NCBI RefSeq assembly: GCF_009834535.1 | Contig: NC_045697.1 | Location: 53,012,001 to 53,076,000, forward strand | Direction: 5' to 3' | Source: Camelus ferus | Taxonomy: Eukaryota | DNA: 64,000 bases | Shown here: positions 37,561-49,620 of the stretch, piece by piece | Layout of the letters: every line of letters begins with the position of its first letter | How positions within the stretch are numbered: position 1 is the first letter of the stretch | Translations under genes and position numbers: made by a program | The notes under the pieces: model-generated | The model's database searches: none | Seen by the model: only the letters and a program-made list of their open reading frames with translations | What the model was told of the DNA's origin: nothing

Positions 37561-40500
37561 TTAAAAAACTGCAGACAATAAAAAATTATAACCCTTCTTC
37601 ACCTCCATCTACTTTCCCAATGATTTCCCAGATGTACCTGTTTTATCATGTATGTATGAACATATAAATCAAACAACAGAAGTATGTTAAAAATAAGGCC
37701 TATTGTGTATATTGCTCTGCAGTTTACTTTGCTTACTTAACAAATAATGGGCATCCTTATGTATCAGTAAATATAGATTTATCTCATTTATTTAATGGCT
37801 ACATTGTATTACATTGCATTTGCTTTTGATGGATATTTAATCCATTTCCATTTTATTTTGTAATTATAAGTAGTGCAATGAATAGCCTTATACAATTTTG
37901 TTACACATGTTAGAGCATTTCTTTAGGTATTATTCCTAGAAGTACTATACTAAAGGATATGTCTGTTTTAAATTTCACTAAGTATGGCCAAATTGCCTTC
38001 CAGAAATGTTGAATGGTGCATTTTATTTTAAATGAGGAAAACACTACTGTAATCTAAGCAAAATGCAAGGGTCCGTTGAGGTTTCTTTCACGAAAAGAAC
38101 AATGAAATACTTACCATAGGTTTTCAGGGCCCCAGGCTTCCCCTGGAGTTTTTGAGAGATGTCATTTCTTTAATGACTTGTATACAGAGGGAGGTGGGGT
38201 CTGTTCAACAAATTCTCAGTCCAAATCGAAGATAAATCTGTGTCAGGCCAGGATTTCACATAGAAGGCCCTCTTAGATTTGGCTAGTTTTGGAGTATAGA
38301 ATGTCTGTCTGAGACAATGAATTGTTCCCAAAAGCTTTTCTGTAATTATTCAATTCATTACACAATCAACTTTTGTTACTGTCTGATAAGAATGGGGGAA
38401 ACACAAAGGTTAACCAGGATACACTTAGTAAGTGCTAGGAGTATACACAGGTATGAAGGAGAACATGATTAATTTTGTTGGGGGCAGAAGGGCAGAGAGG
38501 GTTTAATAGAGGAGGTGATCTTGGAGATGGGTTTTGAAGAATAAAAAGCATTCATTAAGAATGCAAGGAGAGCCTCCACGCAGACAGTGTTTATACGTGA
38601 AGGAGTGATGTTATTGTTCCCTCACACTGGAACAAAATGAGGTGAGGACAGCAGTGAATGAGAAGGCTGGAGAGATACCTGATTTTAGTCACCAGTAGTA
38701 TTTTTGTTTGTTGGTTTGTTTCTGTTACTTATTTTGGCTTGCAATCAGATATTATCTCACACAGCTTCTTCATTATTTCCTGATTATATGTTTCTCTTGA
38801 ACTAGATGGCGAGTTCCTGGGGCCTTGTCTTATATTTCTTTAGGGTCGTCTGTGTTAATAACTTTGCAGAGCACCAGATGGTCACTGCATGTTGATGAAT
38901 AAATGGTAGAGGTATTATATACTACAGGGAGTTGGAGCAAGGTCAAGTTGAGGGAAGACTTCAGAGAAGAGATGGGGCTTTAAAGTGGATTTGGAGAATT
39001 ATGTGATTGATGGGACAGACAATGGCATGGTAAAGGGAGTGATACTAAGAGGCACAATGAAACATAAGGGCTGAAGAATGTGGAAGGGAAGTGACTTTAT
39101 TTTCTCACAGACGTTCATAGTTGCATTCATTCATTCTTTTATTCAGTCAGTTCATTTTTCCAACCCATCATTCAGCGTATGTTCACTCTGTCTTCTGCTA
39201 ACATTATTTCAGTCCTTGGGAATAAAACAGTGAATGGAAGGGGCACAAATCTCTGCCCTTAAGGAGCTTACATTTTGTGGGGGAACATTAAATAGTCAAG
39301 ACTCATTATGTGGGAGAGAGCCCATGACACCACGGAGTCCACTTTCCCCTGGACATTCTTTTCAATGAATGTGTAGGGGAAGGGGCTTCCTTAAAATTGT
39401 TTTTTCTTTTTGGAGGAGGCAGAGTTGAATTTTATGCCACTGATAATCCTGGGCTTAGGTGAGGAGACTTGGTTTCTATTGCCAGTCTAGAGTATGGTGC
39501 TAATGAATAGCTTATTCTAATTGAATCACAGTGTGACTGTCTGGACATCAGGTGATTCAGGGAACTGAGAGCATCGAATGCCTGTTGCAGACATGTCTCC
39601 AACCCCAAGCTGGAATGGAACACGCCCTAGCTTGGAAACTGAGCAGTCAGTAGAATTTGGCCAAAATAAACAAGGGAAATTAAGAAGGCTGAGTAATTTC
39701 TTAGACAAGAAATTTTAAGTTTGAAAGCAGATAACTTACAATAATATAATTATAGAGTTGGATGTCAAGAAATATGTACTATAAAAGGGGAAAATTCCTA
39801 AATATTCTTAAAACTGAGAGACATCAGCAAAAATAGTGAGGTAATTCATTTTTTCTGAAATGACTCAGGATATCAGGATTCTTTAAAGTACTTTATGAAC
39901 TGCAGTTTACATCTCTTGGCTCTGTAGATCTAGGCATTTCTTTATATTTATTATTGGCTTTATTTTTAAATTAATTTTGTTTATGAACCCTTTTGAGAAT
40001 TTGATTGAATCTATAACCATCTCCTGAGAAAAAATGCACATATGACCATGAACAAAATATGTATCATGGATCTCCTGAGAGCCCAACTGTGAATACCCAG
40101 GTTAAAAGTCTCTGGTTTGGAGTAGTCTTGGTAGAAACCTCTAGTTATTTGTGTTATCCCTGAACTTTCTAGGACTTCTCAAGCCAAGTAATATACCCTC
40201 TTCCCAATTCCATCATACCCAATGGATGTGGGGAGATTGGAATTACTCAGACCCAAGGCACTCTTTGTGAATTCCAGTCTAAGAGGACCTTTTTGGTAAT
40301 CAAAGGATAAGGTAGAGTGGAGACCTTTCTGTCCTACCACTTGATAATTTAATCACAGCATTAAAAGGATTCGAGACACACAATTGCTATCAATTGTTGT
40401 GATAGCTTGATTAAGTTAAGTACGTTAATAATTTGAAACTGCAATCAGCATTCCACGATGCATAGTAATTCCAACGACATCTATTAAATTTAAACCTAAA

Positions 40501-41238
40501 TTATGCTTGGCCAGGTATTGTACTAGCTGCTAGGTTACAAAAGTGAATAAGACAGAATCCCTGCTTGTGTTCTTGTGAGAAATACAGCCAGTGTCCAATC
40601 ACTGTATAATGTGTAGGTGAAATGGAAGTATGTGCTAGAGGTCAGAAAAGAGCCTTCATGTATTTTCAGCTTGTTTCTTTGCATTTGTTGCATTTATTCA
40701 TGGTATTCCCTCTGCCTAGATTCCCCCCTTTCATTTTTGGTCATCCTACAGTAGCCCAGAAGCTCTACCCATCCTTAAAGTTTTTTTTATGCTACAACCT
40801 TCATTAAGTTTTTCTTCCCCTAATTTGAAGTCAGCCTTCCTTTTCCTTCTCAGAAACCATATTTGAATTCATGAATTTCTTATTTACTTTATTCTACTTT
40901 GGCCGATGCTATTATTTGTGTTTCTATTTTGAGATATTAGGCTTCAAGGTAAATCTTGTGTCTTGCTCATTTTATATTCTCTGTAGAACCCAGCAAAATA
41001 TCTTGCATGTGGTAGAGCAATAGATACAAGTTGAATTGAATTATCACTTCCTTGACTTTGTAAATTTACAGAATTCTTTAAAATTATTGACCAGTGTGTA
41101 CTGGCCCAAGGAAATTAGGGCATATGCTTCAAAACCTGCAATAGAACCACTTTTCTATGGAGTGGTTTGATGAATGCCAGAAGCACAGGCACTGAACTAA
41201 GAACTGAAATTCTACTAAATAGAAAGAAACCATATATG

Positions 41239-43086
41239 TTTATTATTAATCTCGAAGTTTTTTTTTCAGATTGGGTACTGGGAAAATATGTTCAGACTTT
41301 TTGGTAGAGTAGCTTGGCCGTTGGTCATAGGTGATAAAGTTCAGTGTGTAATGTCATTAGAAATATTGGATGTATTTTCAAATTCCCTCATTCAACAGAG
41401 TTGAGCTCAATTCAACGTGTACTCAGTTTAAATAGAAAAATTTCTACATAATTTCAACTCAGCATTAAAAGTACATGCATATGGATTAAAAAAATAGGCT
41501 TTGTTGCGGATGACTTTTCAAAAGAGAAAGAATGTCCTGCAAATAGTCATAAATGAGGATGCTGAGGGGAAGGATAAGAGATGTGGTACTAGAGTAAAAG
41601 GGATTAATTCATAATTTCAGTGCTTGGATTGGTGGTGTGATGGTTTAGATAAGGTTCTGGAATAGTGTTGGGAGTTTATGTAGTTTCAGAGTTGATACAA
41701 TACTGCCAGGTGGGTAGTTACTTTGAGTTTTGTAGGAGTAATCGGTAAAATATGTATTTTCAAAGTCAAATGGAAGGTCAGTATATGATTCTGTGTTGCC
41801 GCAGAAGATTCTGTGTTTCAGAAGTTAGATGCAAAGTCAGTTTGAGATTAGGTACCATCATAGGGAGTTACTTTTGTTTCAGAGTAGTTCTAGGTGCCAG
41901 CTTCTAGGCTATTGTAGGAAGTACAGCAGATTGTTTTATGGTACAGCAGATGTTAGTGTGGTGATTATAGTTAGACCTGAGTTGTAGACGTGGTGGTGGT
42001 GGTAGAAGTGCTTTAGAAGTCGTGGTAGTAGGGAAAGTGAAAGTTATAGCAGTGCTTTGTGTTTGAGGTTGAGAGCTTGAAAATTAAACTGTTAGATCTG
42101 GATGGGGGTTTGGACAGAGGAGCACAGGGGGAAAAGATTTCATTTTGATTAGATTGAGTTGTCCTGGTCTTTTGTTGATTTGTGGATTTGGATGAAGTTT
42201 GGTGTGATCAGATATTTTTTGAGGTGATTTTGGGCAAAATTGAGACTTTAAAGTTTTTTTTAATGAATAGCAGATTTTGGAAAATATTTTAATAGCTGGA
42301 TTTTGATTAACTGCAAGGTTTCATATGAGTTTTTGGAAAGCAAGCTACTGACTGAATAGCTATTTTAAGAAGAGCTTTGGTAGGACAATTCTTTGCCAAA
42401 TAGCTGGTCTTGGATGATTATATGGAAAAGCAACACCTGATGAAACAACTACTTTTGAATACATTTTAGATGGGTTGGCTCTTTCTTATTAGTTATTCTT
42501 GAATGGCTTTGTATATATCCAGGTCTTAGCTGAACAGCTGTTTTTGGACCAGCTTTGGACTGGAAATGTTTTTCTGATGTTAGTTTTTGCAGAGTTTGTT
42601 CTGTGGCAGATGTTTCTGGATGAATATTGGCTTGTTTTAGATGAATTTGTTTGAGGTAACTCCCTGCTGAATAGCTTCTTGGGATAAGAAAATTCTTTGC
42701 AAATCACCTTGTCTTTGATGAGTTTGTGTAGAGCCAGGTCCTGGCTAAACAGCTACATTTGGATGAGCTTTGGACAAGGAAGATATTTTCTGACAAGTTG
42801 ATTTCAGATGAATTTGTGTAGAACTAGATCTTGAATGAAAAGCTATATGGGATGGATTTTGGATGGTGTACTTCTTTGTTAATTAGTTGGTCTCCAGTGA
42901 ATTTGTATAGAGCCAAGTCTTGACTGACTGACTATTTACAGATGAGTTTAGGTTTGGGACTGTTTTTTGCTCATCAGCTGGTTTTGGAAGAAGTTGAATT
43001 TGATCAGAGTTTTATTGAGATGAAGTTGGTCTGAAAGCTGGTGAATCAGACCAAGCTCTCTGCTTGGTTCTACTTTTCCTTTGATG
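41239..43086 (-). pseudogene. Decayed terminal exon of a mucin-like/SCPP secreted-protein gene (15-aa repeats plus PTS tract)
   Basis: Polypyrimidine tract ending in gtcaa (AG>AA) at 43087. In-register 15-codon units with premature stops and frameshifts, then a Thr/Ser/Pro-rich tract and AATAAA at 41239-41244. Same strand skew as the MUC7 exon. Confidence 0.72.
42330..43030 (-). repeat. Degenerate tandem repeat, 45-bp monomer / ~90-bp dimer
   Basis: Plus-strand anchor (atga)-tttgtgtagagccagg-like recurs at 42330, 42418, 42508, 42646, 42723, 42813 and 42902. Confidence 0.85.
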
Positions 43087-43519
43087 TTGACAGGAGAGAA
43101 GGATAAACATACAAAACTATCACTGAATCTTAGAAGAAAAACAAGTGGGTAAACTGATGATAGTGTTTTTATTTGACTCTCATTTTACTCACAGTTCTAA
43201 GCTAGCTTTCATTTGGCTATGTACTTTAGTTGTATGACTTTCTTGATTGTAGACCCCAGGCTAAGTACTCGGAACAACTTCCTAATTGTGTTTTAAAATC
43301 ATCAGATGTCAAGGAGGTGCTTAAGTGTCAATTGTTGGCTTTTGTTTTTTAATTGTTGGCTTCTTGATCAGTTATCCAGTGTAGGTAGCTTATGTTAACT
43401 GGTGTGAGAAACTGTTGATGTGAGGTGGGGAGGAATTTCTCATCTTGGGGCTTGCTTTAGTGGCTAGTCCCACATTGTGTCCTCATCCCCTTACCCTAAG
43501 CCCAATTGAATTCTAGTCT

Positions 43520-44270
43520 TATAATTAATTAACTATTCAAACAAACACCTATTAGGTATTTACTATTTTGCCGACACTGCACTAGACAGTGGGGATTGAG
43601 CTGGAAGATTGTCAGTTTGCTATCTCTGATGTGAACTGAGAATAGACAAAGCCTAAGATTCAGTCATGCCAATAGCCAACACCTTGAAGTATATGGATGG
43701 AAGTGGAGAAGCCAGTACAAGAGACTGAGAAGAAGTGGCACCGTAGGAGGAAAACTTGGAGAGCGTGGTTTTACAGAAGGCAAATTAAGAGGGGTTTTCA
43801 AGAATGACAAAGTGATCAAAGTGTGGAGACTTGCTTAGAGTACAATAATGACTGAAATAAGTCCATTTAAATTAGCACCAAGTAAATCATTGGTGAACTG
43901 AGAAACTGGAGTCATGGGGTGAAAGTTGAATTAGAGCATGTTGAGAGGTGAGTGAATGATACGATGTCTGTAGACACCTCAGCCTTTTGAAGACTGCAGC
44001 TGTGAATTGGTGAAGAAATAAAGGAATAAAGGCCCTGGAAAGGCAGAATGTTTTTGTGTCTAGAGCACAAATGGAGGAATTGGTCTTTAATTGGGTCATC
44101 GTAACAGAAATAAAGGCAAAGAAGATGGGAACAGATGCAGGAAGATTTGTACATATGGTGGCAATAAATTGAAGGAAATCAACTTGACAACTTCTGTTTG
44201 CTCTGTGAAATATTAGGCAAGCTCACTTACCAAGAGTTGAGGGAGAAGGGACAGAAACTGAGATTTTAGG
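43520..44270 (-). mobile_element. L2 fragments
   Basis: Purine-rich reverse-complement L2 (gagactgagaagaagtggc...gaggaaaac...gtggtttt). Confidence 0.6.
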
Positions 44271-44296
44271 CTGGGGAATATATAACATAATCCTTT

Positions 44297-45016
44297 TGAA
44301 ACTGAATAGGATCCTGTGGGCCCTTCTGTATATGAAAAGCCTTTACGTTCTTGTTTATAGAAAAAAGCCTCCTAGACCTTCCCTGAATTCCAAAGGCCTG
44401 ATTCAAACAGTTACTAACTAGGGAAGTAGGGGAACACAAAAACAAAGGAAAAGCAAGCCCAACATAATCTTTTCCATGATTGTTAGCTTGAATTAATGCC
44501 TTATGACCCCAAACTGTTGAGGTAATGTCCTGTGGCTTCAACCAGCTGACCCCAAGCGGATTTAAAATTGATGACACCAGGAGGGTGAATTAAGAACTGA
44601 AACTCCTGAACCATCATGAAACTCTAAGTAAGTAGTAAGATGCCTCAACCACTGCTTTTAGTCTCTCCTAGAAAGAAAAGAGATCAAAAGACCACGAGTT
44701 ACTAGTTTTCTTTGCAGGAATATAGATCAGTCACAATCACCAATGACACATCAAGTCACAAGAAGGTGCCAGGAAGTCTGCAACAGAGGTCTTATCAGGA
44801 AGCTGAAGTCACAAAGACCCCCCTTCCCTTTACCATTTTGTCTTTAAAATCTTGTGTCCCAGCCAGCCAGCAAGATGGGTTTGAGACAAGCCTACATCTC
44901 CCATCTTCCAAGTTGGCGCTTCCTGGACTAGTAAATCTTTCTCTGCTCCAAATTCAGATGTTTCGGTTTGTTCAGACTCACTGTGCATTGAGTACATGAA
45001 GTTGGGTTCAACAACA
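44297..45016 (+). mobile_element. Solo LTR (ERV1-like)
   Basis: TG...CA termini; perfect 4-bp TSD CTTT (44293-44296 / 45017-45020); TATA-like tttaaaa ~44843 and AGTAAA ~44930; interrupts L2-like sequence. Confidence 0.85.
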
Positions 45017-45299
45017 CTTTGGAGTGTGAGTGAGCGTGCTGATTAGAGACTAATGGTCTAGGGCAAGCATTTCTAGTAATTCCAGTTGTTTTGCTGTGTG
45101 ATCATTTCCAGTAACTCCCAGCGTCTTGGTTACAGTGGTGTGGTTCAGATGGTTTTGCTCCCAGTGAGATGCCGTTATTATTGGGGACACTTAGCCATGG
45201 TGCCGAGGGCAGTCATAACTTCAGGGCAGGTATAGAACTAGCTAGAAATCCTCACTTAGGATTGCCCTTCAGATTTCTTTCTCCTCCCCCTCCTTCCAA

Positions 45300-47330
45300 C
45301 TGATTACTTCTTCTTTAATGAAACAACATGGATAGAATGAAAGCCATTATATGGGAACGCTCCTATTGTCTCAACATACCTGAACCTGGACTCATCTCTT
45401 TCTTGTTACAATGGAAGAAGTATCCTTACTACTACTAATGGACAACTCCTCTACTTTCTTTCTGGATCCCATCCCTTTACTTTCTTAAGGACTTCACTTT
45501 TTCAGTTATCTTCCCATCTCTTTTCCTTTCTGTCAGCATACCAACATTGCTCCACATTAAGAAACAAAAAACTAAACAAGACTCTCTTGACTACATATCC
45601 ATACAGTAGCTGCCTAATTTTTTGACTCCAATTCCAAAAATAAGAATTATTTGCATTTCTCTCTCTGTTTCTTCATTTTCCATTTGTTCATTTCACAACG
45701 GCTTCCATTCCCACACTGCATTGAAACTGCTCTTGCTTAAGGTCACTAATAACCTCCAAGTTGCCAGAGCTAAGGGACACTATTTGGCCTTCATTTTATT
45801 CAGTCTTTTGGTGGCATTTGTATCATTAACCACTGCCTCTTTCTTGAATACTTTCCTCTCCTCCCTGAGCATCCATGATACCACTCTCCTGGGTTTTCTG
45901 TTATCATCTCCCTGATTGTTCCTTCTAGTTTTTATATGGTCTTCAGAAAAGTTAGAGTGCCTCAGGGTGTGGTCCTAATCTTCCTTCCCTTGCTTTCTCT
46001 TTCACTCCCTTCCCTTTCCTTTCATCTCTTCTCCCACCTCTCTCCTATGTTATCTCATACAATTCCATGTCATTAAATATAATTCGAATGCTGGTAACTC
46101 TCAAATTTATATTTTTGTCCCAATTTTTCCTTTGAGTTCAAATCTCTATATACACTGAAGTACATCTCTATCTGGATAATAGTTATCTTGAACAGAATGT
46201 GATTTAAACTGAATACTCAATTGAATTCCATTTTCCTCCCAGTCTCATTTTTCCTCAAGTCTTCACTATTTTGGTGAATGGCACCATCGCCTATCCAGGT
46301 CAGACACCTAGGGTTTATACTTTATTTAACCCTCTTTGGCATGTCCTGTCAGTACTACTTCTAAAATGTAAGCCAACCCTTTCAAATTTTCTCCAGTTCT
46401 GTCCCTGCCACCCAGTTTCATCTAGTTCTGGGTTTTCCAACCTTGGTACCATTGACATTATGGACTAGATATTTCTTTTTTTCAGAGAGACAGTCCTGTG
46501 CATTGTAGGATGTCTAGCAGCATCCCTGGCTTCTACCCACTAGGTGTCAGTATCATCCCTCCAGTTGTGACAAAAAAAGGTCTCCAGCTGAATGTCTCTT
46601 GGTGGGAGCAACAGTGTACCCAGCTGAGAGCCATAAGATCTAGTGTAAGGCACCATGATCACTAACATAAATTGCTGCGGTAACCTCCAAACTCATCTCT
46701 TGATTCCTACTCCTGCCTCCTGGTCCCGGGTATCATTACCTGTGCTTTTTCACTTATCCCCTGCTTCTGCTCTGATTACCCTACAGTTCATTTTCCACCC
46801 AGTCATTGTATAAAATGCCGTTCAGATAATATTTTGCCATGTTGAACATCCTTACTGGCTTTTCATTGAATTTTGAGTGAAATGCAAACTCATTATTATT
46901 GTCTACAAAGTCTTCTTAAATTTTTTGTTTTATTAAAAAAAAAAAACTTAAAAATAATCTGGTTTCTGTTAACCTCATCTGTACCAGCCTTCCTGTAGTT
47001 CATGTGTCCTTGCCACTTTGGAAGCACTTCTGTTCTCAAACGTGGGAGCCTTTGTCTTTCCATCTCCCTGAAATCCTTGGCCCCTGGATGTTTGCCTGGC
47101 TGGGTCCTTTTCAAGCTTTGGGACTTGGCTTAAATGTCTTCTTTTCAGAAAGGCCTTTTCTGGAACACTCTGGTGCCCAAGGGAGTGATCTCCAGCACTT
47201 TTCATCACTCACCCTGCTTACTTCCTTCACAGTACTGACCACCACTTCCAGTCACCTTGTCTTTCCCACTGCTCTTTTGATGCCTGGCACATAATAAGCA
47301 CTTGATAAATATTTATTAAATGAATGAATG
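45300..47330 (+). mobile_element. Long L2 remnant interrupted by MER20
   Basis: gaaactgctcttgcttaaggtcactaataacctcc...; 3' end gcacataataagcacttgataaatatttattaaatgaatgaatga. Confidence 0.75.
46425..46640 (+). mobile_element. MER20
   Basis: tcctgtgcattgtaggatgtctagcagcatccctggcttctacccactag. Confidence 0.8.
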
Positions 47331-48834
47331 AGGTAGTTTGGTACAGTGGAAAGAGCACTGGCATGTTAGAATCAGACAGATTTGCATTAGAATCCTGTCT
47401 TTGTTATTTACTGGCTGGATATCCTTATGGAAACTGAAGGATATTGCTAATCTTTAAATCTTCATTTTAAATAGACATTTTCGTCTTTGCCTTCTGTAGT
47501 TGAACATTTGTATGGCTATGAATATCTAGCATTATGCTGGGTAGTAGATACTTAATATTTATTTTTGCTTTGGAGTCTGAGAGCCAAGGCTAAAACTGGC
47601 TAAAACTAGCAAATTGGCATCCGTGGGAAGGATGTGTTCATTGAGTCCTTTTGCTTCTGGCTTTAAGCAATAATAGGTCATTTCTTCGTAAAAGGTGAAG
47701 GTCTTCTTTTTCTCCAACCACCATCAGCGCTGGTTCTCTTCTTGATTGCAAATGTGTGTGCTCTGAACATGTGTGATATCCTGGGTGTCAGTATTCCTGG
47801 GGATTCCCGTATTGCTTGGGACTCAGATATTCACTAGAGAACATGTACAGATTAGAAGGGTTATTGGGAGCAGTTTAGATAACCCAACTCTGGGTTTCTA
47901 CCCCTCTATCTCTTTCAGGCCACTGGTAGAATTTTCTGATGTTTCTGACAAATCAGAGCTATTTTGTCCTCTCTTTGCTTACATCCCACTATTGTAGCCC
48001 TCAATTCTATCTTTGTATATTCAAAAAGTAGTTAAAGAAGGAGCATCTCTAATCTTTAAAAGGAATACTGCTCCAAGACTCAAACTGCAGCCAGCTTTAA
48101 AAGTAACATATTTCCCCTTCTACATTTGTTATTCAGTGGAGAAATAGTTAATAGCTCATTAATGAGTGCTGTTCCTAATATATGCCCAATATAAAGTGGG
48201 CATAAAGTGGAGAAAACATGAAGAAAAATGGTGAAATATCCAAGTGTTCTTTGAGGACCATTTTGGAAATTATCTGACAAAATTGCAACGTTTGTTCAGG
48301 GAAACTACGTGAGGATGCTTCTTACTGTTCCTTGTTCAGCATAATCCCTGGTTAAAGTACAGCACTGTTTACCCCCAGGTAGTTCCTGGGTTGATCTGTT
48401 TGTCTTGGAAGACAGGGATTTGCTACCTACTGCTTTCACTTTGGAGAAGAGAACCTTGCTTCTAAGGTAGTTGCTCTTCAGAAACCAAGTCTGTATAATG
48501 CTTGTTTATTTTGTTGAATCTCTTGCTGATGATATCTACACTCTTTTAACATATCCACACTCTTCTATAGTCTTTGTATGTCCTACTGTGTATTAGTAAT
48601 ATAGTTAGCAAGTTAAAGAATGAGATCAAATTACATCCTACATCACAGCTACTTAAAATGTGATACAGTGTGCTGTTTCTAAACTCCAGAGTTTTAGATT
48701 TTTTTTTAGATTGTACCTTTTAAAGAGACCTAGTCACCCCTCAGACAAAAAAAAAAAATAAATTAATTGACAAAGTGAGTGAGCAAATAAGCAAACCAAG
48801 AGAACTAAATAAACCAAACACCAACACCAGGTCC

Positions 48835-48868
48835 TGCACTTTGGGAAGGCTGCCACCAGAGGGTGCAG
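48835..48868 (+). promoter_or_regulatory. CTCF-like motif with upstream module
   Basis: TGCAC-N13-CCACCAGAGGGTGCA resembles the CTCF core plus upstream TGCAG module. Confidence 0.5.
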
Positions 48869-49540
48869 TTGTTAAGGCCATGCTGTAAGATTTAGGGTGA
48901 ACAGTTTTTCTAAAGCCATGAACACCTGTTCCCTTCTTGACAAGGGTCAGAAGTAAAATTCTCTTAAAAAAGTGAAATGAAAATAATATTGTTCAGCCTA
49001 TTTATTATAAATACAGAGGATACTGAAGATCAATAGATTTTAAATATATAGTTTGGTCCTTTTTTTTATTACCAGTATTCTATAATAGTTTCTGACTCCA
49101 AATTAAAATTTCTGTAATTCTTTGATTAGACATTTACTGTATTGTTTTCAATCCTAGTAGTGGAAAGATTTGACCTAAAAGCCCAAGCCAGACACCTTAC
49201 TGAAAAAATACAAAGATAGGTCAAATGTATTTTATGATTCTTGGTTTGGGGATTTTCAACTAAGATTCAAAGATTTCAAAAATTGCTCTTTGCTTTGAAA
49301 GCTTGAAAGTTTCATATTTTTTAATGAACCACATTTTAAGTTTTTTAAGTTAATATTCATACCTCTTTTACATGTGTGATATAGGATATACAGATTGATT
49401 TAAACGTACTGGACATTCCCTGTATGTTGACTTTACTGCATTACGTTTTCCTAAAAATAATACCAACAAATGTCATGGGGTATGGGTTGACAGAAAGACT
49501 GAACACAGGCATTGTATAGACTGAGCATTATTTTTCTTAC

Positions 49541-49592
49541 AGGAGGAAGTCAGCACAATCAGAACAGTCAGCAGAGAGAGCAGTAACTTTCT
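49541..49592 (-). pseudogene. Signal-peptide-like exon remnant, (R)KLLLSLLTVLIVLTSS
   Basis: tttcttag acceptor, Lys plus hydrophobic core plus small residues, GTAAGA donor at 49535-49540. No ATG, and one extra base relative to phase 0. Confidence 0.55.
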
Positions 49593-49620
49593 CTAAGAAA
49601 GTTATAAACTTCCCAACCAC

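Noticed and set aside
42489..42707. 72-aa ORF as a functional protein
   Set aside because: No true ATG start and mostly out of register with the repeat frame; part of the decayed exon.
42330..43030. CRISPR-like or satellite reading of the ~90-bp periodicity
   Set aside because: Mammalian context; units are degenerate throughout with no constant repeat and unique spacer; codon-register structure fits a coding VNTR better.
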